Source: Daphnia carinata
Taxonomy: Eukaryota
Assembly (NCBI RefSeq): GCF_022539665.2
Contig: NC_081331.1
Span: 558,001-622,000, forward strand
Length of the DNA: 64,000 bases
Direction: 5' to 3'
In this document: positions 37,401-49,657 of the stretch, in pieces
Layout of the letters: each line of letters starts with the position of its first letter
How positions within the stretch are numbered: position 1 is the first letter of the stretch
The notes under the pieces: model-generated
The model's database searches: none
What the model was told of the DNA's origin: nothing
The model's input: the letters and a program-made list of their open reading frames with translations, nothing else
Position numbers and translations under genes: made by a program

Positions 37401-38630
37401 CCTCTTCAATAAATGATTAAAGTAGTTCTGATAGTAATTATCTACTTAATAATACTCATTAATAGAAATGCGATACTAAAAATTGCGCATTTTTTGAATT
37501 TACGCCCAAATTAATCAACTTGTCTAATCCATATTTTGTTACACACGAGAGTAATTATGTTTCAGAGACAATGAGTGCAATTTTTGCAATCTGAAAATCG
37601 GGATTTCTAGTTCTTTTGTATGAAAACTAGTGCCTTTGTTTCGAAAAAATAAAAAATCTCGAATCTGCAGCTTATCATCTTCTTTGAAGAAGCTTCGTTA
37701 GCTCGCATTGTAGCAGTGCTCCGGAATCGCAATAGTCGGCTTACGCAGTAATCAGGTTTATCATATGGCAGGATAACTAGAAGGCTTACCTTTCCAACGA
37801 CACGGCCGTAAGATTGAGGACAGAGGCGACGGCTGAAAGAACTTCGGCATACTTGGCCGTTTTGCAGATGGTACCCGCCTCGTCCCACTGGATGACGAAG
37901 TACTGCAACGCCTCCAGCTGTATCGTCAAGGCCAGGAAAAGATCAAAACGTATCGCATCGACGGAAATAAATACAAAGATAGCTGAATATAAGGATGGTA
38001 GCAGGCATACACAATAAATGCAAATCTTATTCATACCGGGGCGCAGACCAGCACCAGGAGGAGGTCAGCGGCTGAAAGCGACACTAGGAAAAGAGTTGTG
38101 GCGTTGCGCGATTTACGGTCGCCGATCATGCCCTGAAAGATGACACACAACAGGAGAGAATGAATACATTTTATCTTTGTGCCCAGAGTCATTGTCAAGC
38201 TGCATATGTTTGACTCTGAAAAGACCTGAACTGTATGATCTCTACGAGTCGTATAATCCAGCCATTTGTTACGAAGTTATTTATTGCATACCATCATAGC
38301 CGTGACGTTCCCCAAAACACCAATGACGAAAATAACGGAGTAGCTGATGAGCATCGCCAAATTCTTGTCGATTTCCCATTGTTCCAGAATCTTTTTTGGG
38401 CTGGACATGCACACAATATCTCGGTAGATTTCAGTTTTGAATCCGGGACGCGCTGACGACGATAAGTTGAAGCCAATTCCTATGTTCCAGACGCTGCCTA
38501 TACCACTAGAGCCAGTACCGACACCGTTGAGAACGTCCAGCATGGGTGTCCATTCAGATGAGTCGTCTAATTCGGTCATATTCCACGTTTCTACCGGATA
38601 CAGGCGACCAGAAATATTTACGCAAGCCAT
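25480..38630 (-). CDS. Rhodopsin-like (class A) peptide/neuropeptide-type GPCR, about 673 aa. Exons: 38630-38292, 38132-38037, 37917-37790, 33995-33872, 33390-33173, 28389-28014, 27910-27827, 26136-25480
   Basis: Phase-consistent GT-AG splicing. TM1 GVLGNV, TM2 LVSLSAADLL, TM3 ICK…SLERFIVIVFP, TM4 VWIVSLLLTAP, TM5 LLAPGLVMIICY, TM6 KQVIKMLILVIVLFLICWGSRL, TM7 HSCLNPFIY. Ligand not assignable from sequence alone. Confidence 0.9.
29194..29227. repeat. 17-bp tandem duplication in a GPCR intron
   Basis: AAAAAATCTATATATCT x2. Confidence 0.7.
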
Positions 38631-40382
38631 GATTCAATATCTTGGATGCTTATTGGAACGAGAAACTATTCACAACTTCAAAAAGATGCTTAAATGACGC
38701 AATTTAAATGCACTATCGAGCAAAGCTACTACGAAAGCACTCGTCTACACACGCGATTAACCATATAATAAAGCTCAATCTGCACTCAGCGGTCACTGTA
38801 TTTCGCTGTGCTGCGACAACATGATGGTCAGCAGGATAAAGCTGTACTAACAGATTGGCGATGAGTGAGACGATAAGGATACCCGTGGTATATAGTCGAC
38901 GTATACAATAGGCACGGCCTCATCGTGCTCGTCTACCTAACCTCGAACAGGACAAGTGCAGAATTTTATACAGTGCTTGATACCGTTGGGGGTTGGCCAA
39001 AAAAAGAAGCGCAAGCGCCATGCATTTCCCGATGTTTGAGGGTTATGGATATCGTTTTGGCATACACACTGCCTGTCGACCAGTGAGGTCCATAAATTCA
39101 CGCTCTCTTCGAAAACTCCAACTCAATTAGAACTACCGTTGATCACCAAATATTCCATTGCAAATGCCAGACAGCAGACTGGCGTAGCATTTCCCGTGCT
39201 TTGTTATTGGATAGTTGGATATAGTTCAACTATTCACACAGTTCTGCTCTAAAGGCACGTTTCACCCTTGGCACAGTCTTCGTAGCTCCAGATGATACCT
39301 CCCGTAGTCGATGGAGTAGAAGTCAATGGGTAACGCGAACCTTTCTTGCGAAAGACAAGTTGCGATGCATGTCCCAAGATCAATCAAGTCCTCTAACTAC
39401 AATTTAGACGTTAGGGAAACATTTGCCAATTTCGAACTTATGTCACGCTTGACATTGCAAGGTGCGCATTGATAGATGCAGCACTGCTGATTTAATGTTT
39501 CGATCGATCAGACAGGCAGATATTGGCAAGTCCAGCCCATTGGCGGAAAAACAATTTTAAAATTGGTTGAAAGGTCTACGATTCGTGCCTTTTTCATGCG
39601 CTTTACCATTTCAAAAACCATCAAGAATGACTAATCAAGTTTCGAAAACTGGCTCTTACCTCTTTACAGACATTACAGCTCGAGCTCGAATTGCGGTCAA
39701 ATTATTTGGACGTCTAGTGAAAGTAGTTATCTTTTGTTATAGATATTTTATTGCATCAAATTAAGCTTGCCTATCGACCCAATATCAACAGCTGTGTGGT
39801 TACAACGCTTAGTAGTAACAGCTCAGGGCAATCATTCGTATCCACTAATTTTACAATCCACATAGGGAAGGATGGGGACAAATGGTATATATGCCACTCT
39901 TGAACGGGGACAGCAGCTGATTAGTTTTCGAGAAAAGACTGATGTTGTAAGCCGAATCGGTAAGCAACGTTGATTAAACAACTCAACCTGTCATTCTTAT
40001 AACAAATAGCTAAGGCATTAATGTTGTTGGGACAGACAACCTATTGTAAAAGAATGATGGTTCGAATAAGTGACATGCTGTACTGGGACTCGCTTTTGCC
40101 CAAAACAAGGCGAAGATCAGGCGATGGGTCAACCATCGTTAACAAGTGTTCGTGTAAAAGGCAATTGATTCGGTAGATTTTTATGGACGCTTGACATCAA
40201 CGAAGGTTAAATTGTGGATGCTAGTCCTCACTCACAATCATAAATTTATATCTGATTAAATTATTTGAATCATAACAATTAGAAAATAAAAACATGAATC
40301 ACCCAGATAATAATTAAGAATATGAGGTCTGTGTATATGCATAAGACAAAAACAAGAATTTAAATGCTAAAGGTACCAATAT

Positions 40383-40853
40383 CTATCCATTGGTTTTGTA
40401 AACTGCAAGTGTCATTCCAGCATTTTGATGGATCAGGCATTGACTGTGTAAAAGATAAAACATTACTGGTATCACTTCATATATACATGAATTGTAAAAA
40501 GTATTTAAGACATACCTTCCATGGTTCTCAAATAAAATGACAGGATCCCCTTTCCCAGGCTCTATTGCTGCTGCCAACTGCGTGAGTGAAGTTAATGATC
40601 CAGAATAGTCTGGATTGGCAATACCTTGTGCTATGTGGTAATAAATGTATTTGTTTGAACGCAATTATATGAAATGATATTATCTTACACGTCAAGCACA
40701 TTCCCCGTTTGTCAGCACACAAAACGCCCACTACGCCCGTGGAAGTCATCCTGTTAAAGAAATTCATAGACAAATAACTGAAAACTTAATCCTAGTCTAC
40801 TGAAATTGAAATACTTACAAATCATCGACGCATTTTTGTACTTCCTTGTCCAT
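40383..40853 (-). CDS. LAMTOR5: Ragulator complex subunit LAMTOR5 (HBXIP), 4 exons
   Basis: Spliced product MDKEVQKCVDDLMTSTGVVGVLCADKRGMCLTSQGIANPDYSGSLTSLTQLAAAIEPGKGDPVILFENHGSQCLIHQNAGMTLAVYKTNG*; GVLCxDxxGLCL and TxAVxK motifs and ~90 aa length match LAMTOR5. Confidence 0.9.
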
Positions 40854-40912
40854 CGTAACTAAATATAAGGAAATGGTAATCAACAGACAAAAATATAATT
40901 TCAAACAATTTT

Positions 40913-40978
40913 CTGTTTTCACACTTCGTAGTGAAAACACTGTTTTCACCCTGTTTTCACACTTCGTAGTGAAAACAG
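40913..40978. repeat. Duplicated 27-bp hairpin unit just upstream of LAMTOR5
   Basis: CTGTTTTCACACTTCGTAGTGAAAACA at 40913-40939 and 40951-40977, with a partial copy CTGTTTTCACC between; each unit has a TGTTTTCAC/GTGAAAACA stem. Confidence 0.85.
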
Positions 40979-41406
40979 CAGACGGCAACACAAACTGTAA
41001 TCTGCGGAAGTTTCGCTTTTTCTCAACAAACCCCAATCAACGCTGAATTGCCAATGTTAGTGAAAATTTCCCGACAAAAATTCTATCAATACTCTATCTC
41101 TTGTTTCCCGATTGGGATCCAATGAAAACTTTATTTCCTTGCGTTCATCGCCAACCGGATTTCGACCAATGTTGCCGAATTTTTTCTCCATAGATGGCAC
41201 GATGTTCCGGATGGACAATTTTGACAAAAGCCCCCCAAAAATATATCGGCCTTTTTTCTGATCTATCGCCATCCCACGGTCAAATTTTTAGTTAATTCTC
41301 TTGATAACACCCACCAATCTTTCTGCTGCACCGCGCTAGCGCTGTAGCGTACTGGCGCGCTAGCATTCCGTCAAATACTCGGTGTATTTAAGAAACGATG
41401 AACTTA

Positions 41407-42275
41407 GTGGAAAAAATAGCAATTTTCCCGGAATCAGCATTCAATTTTGAGTATATACTGTGGTATTTAACCAATTCCCATGAGTGCCAGTTTTTGCAGG
41501 AAAAAATTTTAAGCCCGATTAACTAAGCCCGACTTTTCAATTTTTTTCGTTTTTAAGTTTAATTTTAAAAAATATGGCCAATTGAAGAATAAATTTGATT
41601 TTCGTGATAAGCATTCAATTCTGAATCGAAATCATGTATTTTAAGCAAATTTGAAATTTAGCCAAAAATGAAAAAATGCAAAGGCTATAGCCTTACCGCT
41701 TTTGTCAAAATCGGCTAAAAATGACATCTCTTGGAATCCGATGAAAATCACACAGTTTAATCGAAATTTAACGCTGATTCGGAAAAAGTCACTCGTTTTC
41801 TTGTCAAGTTAGCCGTTTTTAATTACACCGGTCGGGCCAGCCGGTCAAAAGTCGGACTTATTTAGTCAGGCTTAAAAAAAAATTCTGCGAAAACCGGCAC
41901 TCATCGGAATTGGTTGAATATTACAGGATGTACTGGAAATTGAATGCTGATTCCGGTAAAATTGTTGTTGTTTTCATTAAATCAACCATTTAGGAAGTAT
42001 AACCATTTGGCGCGCTAACATTTCTTAATGGTTTTTTCCGTTTATTTAAAAAAAATTGGATCGTATGAAAAACGAGAAGGACATTTTAACGATTCTTATT
42101 TATTTCGAATCTAAAGTACATCTGTTCATTGCGAAATTAAAGATTTCGGACAAATCCAAAACTAATGGAAAAGTCGGGCTTATTTTCAAGCCCCAATTCG
42201 ACGAAGGGTTAAAACTGTGTAGAAATTACACGTTATACTCAAAATCAAACGCGGATTTCAGGAAAACTATTACTT
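41407..42275. mobile_element. Non-autonomous foldback/MITE-like element built from inverted and direct subrepeats; true ends unclear (possibly ~41050-42350)
   Basis: Imperfect ~130-bp inverted repeat 41407-41537 vs 41847-41978 (e.g. CCGGAATCAGCATTCAATTT / AAATTGAATGCTGATTCCGG; GCCCGACTTTT / AAAAGTCGGAC). Further degenerate copies at ~41601-41650, ~41760-41795 and 42169-42275. No transposase ORF. Confidence 0.6.
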
Positions 42276-43837
42276 TTCTAGTCAAACCATCTTTTTTTTT
42301 TAATAGATGAAATTTCCCGATAGGGATTCTGTCTAGATGAGATGATAGTAGTATACCATCGTTTTTACGATGTTCTTCCAACCGATGGCGTTAGCTGTAA
42401 TAGGAAATCACACAAATTTCGGGAGTTTCAGAAATTCGTTTTCTTTACGACTCAAACATGACTTACGACTAGCCTTATACTTTCTCCCCAATCAACCCAC
42501 CATTGCCTGGACACGCGCTGTACCAACCGTTGGCAATGTCTTTTGTAAAGTGTGCCAAAAATGTCACATTTTTAAATAATAGCATTGCTGTCTAGCTGGT
42601 ACACCGCGCCTTCAGGTCCTGGTTAATGAGTAATAGGGCCGGCCCGGCATGGTGCAGCCATGGGTAAACTGTGACAACCTTACTATCTGGTTGTAGTGAA
42701 ATGTGTCAGGTATGGAAAACAAAGCATAGGAAAAACCGCCACATTTTTCTGCAATATACTGTACTTGCGGGAAGGTGATGAAACGCAAAAAAAAAAACAC
42801 ATTTTACGTGTGTCGCGCCAGTACCTTCTGGCATTAAGCTGAACGTGGTTGGGCATGAATATTAATGTAATTTGCAATAAATATTCATTTTCAAACAGCC
42901 AAATTCGAGTTGAACGGCGGGATTTGGCTACCGGGCGACTAAGGTAAAAATGAATGGTCGCTGGTTTCGAATCCGTGGGCTGTAACGGAGGAGCGAAAGA
43001 TTTCATCGAGAAAATCATCAAAGACAAAGATTTCATACAGTTATTCCAGTAATCTTTGCTAGTTCGTAGCTCACATGGGTTTATTCAATCGTAGTCATCG
43101 ATTCTCGTAACTGACAGAATATTTAAGTTAATGAAATATTCGTACACATTTAGAGATGGAAATGTTAAACTCAAGATCAAAATTCCAGGCACACAAGATA
43201 ATTCAAATTACACTAAGAGTGCAGCAGTTATGCAATTGTGTAGCCCAATTATCAATTTTCTGAATTTCGTGAAATCAAACCGCCTTACTAAGCATAACCT
43301 ACCTGGAAATAAGAATACAGTTTATTCCAAATAGTCAGTAGAACTAAAGGTTTATATGATTCTAACTGAAAATGCAGGCGGTCTCGGTTCTGAACTTCAG
43401 CGATTTCGGATTTACTTGGTTAAAAATTAGGAGAAAATTATTCCAGCAACATTTGGTGCTAAACAATGACTAATCTATCAATTTTTCAGTTTCATATCAA
43501 CAGCATTAATCGCTTCAGAAATTTGAATACTTTTTACAACAAATGAATAAAGTGCGAATCCGCCAACTAAACGAGAGCGATATAACGTCATTTTTTTGTA
43601 CACAAGCATTGCTGATTTCTACGGAGAGAAGATATGATGAAAATGCAAGATATCCGAACCGATCGTGGAACGCTATCAAATGGATAAATAGTAAGAGCGA
43701 CGCGAATAAAATGTACGCACACATTCTGGGTGTTTGCTTAACAAAGTAGGTGAATACTATATAACAACGCATCCAATCGAGGGCATACATTTGTTCGGCG
43801 GATGGACGAGGAGCGAAAGGGGTGACAATACGGACTT

Positions 43838-46800
43838 TTATCTTTTGCCAGACACCAGTGGTTGGGATTTAGTCCGACAACGAGTAACACGTTGATTGGG
43901 GTTCGCTTCAAAAGACAAGTCTTCGAGGCCATTTCTCCTTAATTCTTTGCACTCATCATTCAATAGGCGAATAAGTTCGCCTCTCTTTCTTGGCATTTTG
44001 CTGTCAGGTGTAAGTGATCCGAAAGAACTTGCTCGGGAGCTGTCACAAATTTCGTTATCCGGACCTACCAAGTTGACTTCCATGACCGACGAATAACTGT
44101 TACTATCGTGAACCAAATTCCTTTCTAGCGTCAAGGTGGACGATGGTGATTGTTCCAATTTGCGAGCTCTTTTGCTAGGACCGTCGGACAGTGAATCTTC
44201 TTCACCACAGCTATAGAATTCAGACTCTGTGGTTCTTTTCCGCCGTGTTAGCCGTTGGTTTGAAAAAATCAAACCACCCAATCCTTTATGTTTCAGCTCC
44301 TTGCACTCGTCGCTTAGCAGGCCAGAAAGATCTTTGTTTGGATTGAGTGAATTGCCCAATGGCGGCGAGCACTGAAGCGGATCGACTTCGCCAAGTGCTT
44401 GCATTTTCTTGCCCGGAAATAGTGGACTTGTTTGCTCTGCGTAAGGCTGCGGAGACTTCTTTTCTTTTTGCTGAATTTTTAAGAGAGACTGCTTCATTTG
44501 TTCTCTCTTCTCTGCCGGAAGTTTCCCGAGTTTCAATGGTGTGACGATAGGTAGTGAAGTATCAACCGAGGACGAAGGAGAAATCATATTATATAGGGAA
44601 GGCTCTTGTTTCATTGTAGGATTACGCTGGCCCATGCATCTCAAAATCGGAAGAGGGCCGGAGACTGCTGATGCCAACCATTGCGAAACGCTTCGCGATC
44701 GATTGTTATTATTTTCTAGTGCCTTTCCATCTGATTGTGAATCAACGAGTCGGCAATGCTTTTCATTTGAAGGATTTTTAACTTTTGTTATTGAAATACC
44801 GGGAGGTAAGACAAATGGCTGAGACAGGCGACTGGTAACTGGTGGATGTGTATCATCTCGGGCTTCATCTTCTGACGAACAAAGATCCACTACATCTGTG
44901 ATATTTCCGGTTGATGACGCACTCTTATTTGGTGAGACATTAACTAATTTTGGCGATGGTATGGAAGGCATTCGTATTATGACTGGGTCAGGAGAGCGGT
45001 TCTTCGGATGTCTATTTACAACTGGAATCAGATCGGGCAGAATGAACTGATTTTTCGCAGTATTAGATTTGTTAGGCTGTACAGCTTGCATAGACCAAGT
45101 GCCAGTAATAAGAGGAAGAAGTCCCGGTGGAGATCTGACGTGAGGTTTGTCTAATGAATTGGATTTAGTGGCCATCAAACGTCTTGCTATATCTGGTCGA
45201 GATATTGTTGATGATGAGGGAGCCTGCGGATGTTGAAACCAGGTTGGTTGTGAGTCGATGGGAGCCAAGCTTATTGTACAACTAGCAGGTAAGTTTGCGA
45301 TGCTGCGCTGTACCCAAGGTTGTAACAATGGTTGTTGGTGTTTTGGTTTCGGTCTTGTCCAACTCTCTATATCTTCTAGTTTTAACCTTACCATTTTTAC
45401 ACTAACACCTTGGCAAGTCCTAAGTAATTGACGAGCTCGTTTGTTCAATCCTAAATTCGGGAAAGAAGTCTTTACTTTGATCAACTAAAACAGTAATAAC
45501 ACTAAAGGAAAACTGTACAGAAGTAGTTTACCTGTTTCGATAGTTATCATGCGCTCTTTCCTGTCTGCTTTACTAAAGGAGTAGACGTGAGCCCATTCAT
45601 TTTTCCTTTTGTATACGGCTGCACGAAAACGATGAGTCGCTGATGAAAGCGCTTGATTGATATTTTCTCCTGTAACAGGGTCTATGCGTACCGCAACCGG
45701 TTTTGCCGTGCACAAACGCTCATAACGGCTGATGAGGAGTTCTGATGCCGTCGGAGTTAGTTTTATTGCTTTAAAGAAGCTTTGTCCAAGGTTGGATGAA
45801 AAGGGAATTGTCGTAAATCTACGAGAAAAATTATATAATGGCGCTGTATTTCTAACAATACGCAATAGTATGCCTTTTGTCACTGAGTGTGCAAGCTCTT
45901 CTTACGACCGGACGAATCTTGGCAGGGGTAACATTAGGCGGCGGTAACGTTTGGTTACGACGAGACAAAGCCAAATACCAGAGAAATTGTGCCTAGAAAT
46001 AAAGGTATAATTTAATGAACAAACTTCTATCAAAGCAATTGCGATGTATACTTCATCCATATTTTGAGTTTCCGGTTCGACAAAACTGTTGTGAGATTGG
46101 GCTTCTAGAGCTTTGTCCGCCATGCACTTCGCTTCATGAGCCTTTTAAGAATTTAATTGAAAAATATCCAATGTAATATACTACAACTCTAGAATGCTAT
46201 GCTTTGAAAGAAACTGTTTAAAACATAGTTTATGAAACATTTGAACTTGATGTTCTTCAATTGCATGAAATTTGTTGGACTTCTAGTCACCTTAATGGCT
46301 GAATGTGAGCTAAAATCTGCTCCGCAATAATCACAGAGGTATATGTCGTTAATCGGTGGCTCAACCATCTTGGCTGCAGTTGGCTCTTCGATTGCGGTTG
46401 GGTTTAGGGTCCCAGTGTTCAATTTTGCCGGACTAGTTGGCGAGTTTAATCGAGGAAGTAACATTGGACGAGAAGTATTAGACTGCTGTCTAAAACCCTT
46501 ATCGTAAATCTGAAATTGACAAATAAAAATGTTTGCATTGTAAATAGAATCACCATACAGCCATTTAATTGAAAAAAGCTTACCATGTTTTCATTCTGGA
46601 ATGTGACCAGCAGCTTCCCATTTGTGCTATCATACATTGAAGTAGTACCATCCCAGTTGTCTTCAAACTTGTATCCTCCACTGAGTGTTTGGAGTTTTGC
46701 CGAAAAATGTAGTAAATATGTACAGCCATTATACTCATAACAGTTTTTCACCAACTTTGAAAGTTTGTACGCCCAATGCTTTGAAAAGAATAACATGCAT

Positions 46801-47160
46801 AGGTAATTTTTTTTTTCATCTTGTGCTCTAGACTGAAAATTTTTACTTGGGTTTGATATTTTTTTGTAAGAATTATAGGAGACCAAGGTACGTCAGGTGG
46901 CCACCACTTGAATTTCGCATATTTAGCCCAACCTGAGGGTTCACATCCTAAGATGCACTTTACCAGAAATGGTATAAAATACTGCAGATCCTCCTACAAA
47001 TATAACTGTATTTAATGGTTTAAACACATTAATTAAAAGTGGTGGTTGTACATACCACAGACATTGATGTGATGGATATTGGTTTGCCATTAGAAAACAG
47101 CAATGGGAGATTTGATACCATTACATCTTGTTTGCCCTTGTCTTCTGTGTTATTTTCCAT
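43838..47160 (-). CDS. Uncharacterised nuclear protein: N-terminal NRF1/Ewg-like region (KWWPPDVPW…LVKNCYEYNG), CxxC…HxxxC zinc finger and a long low-complexity C-terminus; about 8 coding exons
   Basis: Spliced frame MENNTEDK…FIPFLVKC…KWWPPDVPWS…WAYKLSKLVKNCYEYNGCTYLL…FEDNWDGTTSMYD…IYLCDYCGADFSSHSAIKAHEAKC…RFTTIPFSSNLG…ETGLNKRARQL; terminal exon 45450-43838. One intron (45873-45819) needs a GC donor. The domain assignment is from motif recall. Confidence 0.75.
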
Positions 47161-47762
47161 TTTGAAATAGCTGCCACTCTCACTGAGGGCTATAAGGAGA
47201 CTGCAATCTTTGTTGTTTGTCACTAAGATGATTTTTTTTTTCTTTCTTGAATTAATTCGAATATCCAACTTCGCCCAACGCCATTACGACGTAGTAAAAG
47301 AACAGTGGACGGGATGCCATGTGTAATAGAAGTTTATTACCGAATCATACGGTGTTGATTCTGTAAAATTTTAAGTAATTTGAATTTTTGGCGAAATGTT
47401 TTGTAGATGTCAGGGAAGTAGACTACATCACTGAGCGTGGCCTGACTGGCCTCCCACTTGCGACTCCTCCTCACGACATACTCTGAAAGCTGGGCAACTC
47501 ACCAACGACGCCATCAATTCGGTAACTCACTTTTTCCCGCGTATCTTTGTAACGAGATACGATTTTTCCTATTTCACTAAGAATTCCTGCTAAGAAGAAT
47601 TGCGATAGTAAACCGAATGTTCTTGTAAAAAGCTTGTTATTTTTTGGCTCCAGTCAACACAGAACCTCTCCTGCCTTTACGTACTAAAGAGACGGGCCTT
47701 CCTAGCAGTTTTCAAGGACACAAATAAGATCGTCATGCGCTGACGACCGGAAAAATTGCTAT

Positions 47763-47781
47763 TACTGCCACCTGGTGGTCA
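47763..47781 (-). promoter_or_regulatory. CTCF-like motif in the divergent intergenic/promoter region
   Basis: Minus strand TGACCACCAGGTGGCAGTA, a close match to the CTCF core CCASYAGRKGGCRS. Confidence 0.5.
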
Positions 47782-49657
47782 AAATTCAGGGAAAACAATC
47801 GAGCATCGCCGAATAGGGAACAAGGAATTTGGGTAAAACTATGTAGAACTGCGAAACGCTATAAAGAAAAAAAAACTTTAGATTATGATGGGGATTAGTA
47901 ATTTGTTTTATTTCGGCCATTACCCATTGATGTTGCAGTATAACTTAATCGTTTTGGTTCCCGATGAAACGTAATGGAAATAACAGATGAAGTAAATTGA
48001 TTTTACAAGAAGCGAGATAAAATGGGTAAGCAATAAAATTACGGCTTATGCTCAACAGGTTGCCTTGTATATATCCTAAGAATTTTTACTTTGGTATTGT
48101 TCAGCTTATATTGGCTTTTTGTTCAGAAGTTCATGAAAACACATCCACAGCTAAAAAATTATACTTCGGGCCAATAAAAAAAATTTACCTACGGCTTGTA
48201 ATCGGAAAAATCAAGTTCTACGAAAACGTGAAAAGCAATAGAAAGTCTACTTAGACAGAACCTTGTTTCTTCTTCTAAAAATTTTTAGATCCAATTATCT
48301 TGAGGCCATCTTGTTTCGTTTTTGCAACTCGTCTGCTAGATCATTTAAAGTTAGCGCGACCGTAGCACGTACTACTAATCGACGTAACAGTTTTCAGTTC
48401 TCAAGGACTGACGATTCTCCCAAACCTTGAACGTGGCCTTCTGTATACCTTGATCTATGGTAATTTCATATTAATCTGTAGACAACCTGAAAAATTTTCT
48501 GTCCTTCATCGCTGTTTAACGTATTGTTCACGAAGAATTGACAAGTTATGTGTAGAGGATGCATCCTGGTTGAATCAGGTTGGTTACTTTAGGCTTATGT
48601 GAAAAAATTAGAAACAAAAAACAATACTTTTACATATTGCTAATGTACTCAAGTTTGCTGCAATGCCCTGTCGAATTAGATTAATAAAATTTTATCTAAT
48701 AGATTAAAAAATTTGTAAGCTCAGCGGGGGTTGTAAAACTCGAAAGAACCTCCGACACTTGCTAAAGAATTACGTTTTCTTTTCAGAAAGAATCACACAA
48801 TCGTGGTTTGCTTTAAGAACTTCATGGTTTTGGCAAGAAAATCACGATACTTTAGTCTAAAAACCACGTTTTGATTCGAAAACCAGTCATGATTCTAGAG
48901 TCTGGTACACATCCCCAAAGAGTTTTACACACCCCGATCTCAAGTTATGATTTCGAAACATAGTTTACGATGCGCTCTGCAATTTACAGAAAGTCAAATC
49001 ATTGGAGTCACTCACAATGCCGTGCTCCCATCTTAGGGTTTGAATTAGGTTCTGCCGTGCAGCCTCTTTGTAAAAATAAGTTGGTCTGTTAAAGTGTTAG
49101 AAAGCCTGTTGATAGCTTGATCGTCGCACAGTTTTATTGCTTGACAAACTATGCAAAAAAAAAATCATTAGTTTGCTCAGGGCACGCAGTGTAACTGGAC
49201 GAAGCATTTTTTGTTTCCCCTGAAGCACTTTGCCTTTGAGCATCGAGTTAGACGAAGAACCTCAGGAATATGGTAGAAGCTTTATGAAGTAGTAGCTGGC
49301 GTTTGAGAGAGGCATCTTGCACGTTCAGCACCCACCCAAGTCTATGGTCGTCCTATGAACTCAAACTAGTGTATCGTATTTCCGGCGTCATTGAAACCAG
49401 ACCACTATACTGGGCAAAACGAATCTCGACGCCATCCTTTCTTGCCTTCCAAGTAAAAATCAAGAAGAAAATAATGTTTCAAAAATGACACCGTTTTGTT
49501 TACTTGTTGATTTTTCTTATTTAGAAAATTGTTTGCAATGTGATCACGTATAAAATCAAAAAGAGGCTTGAACCACTTTACATTTTTCCTGTGCCAGCAC
49601 ATTACCTCTTGTTTATCGTTGTCTAGGATTTACATACTTGATACACGCATTTTTAGG

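Noticed and set aside
40913..40978. Palindromic direct repeats resembling a mini CRISPR array
   Set aside because: Only two units, the 11-nt spacer is itself a partial repeat, there are no cas genes, and the DNA is eukaryotic
42370..43790. Short ORFs between the foldback element and the nuclear-protein gene
   Set aside because: No homology cues or consistent splicing; likely 3'UTR or intergenic
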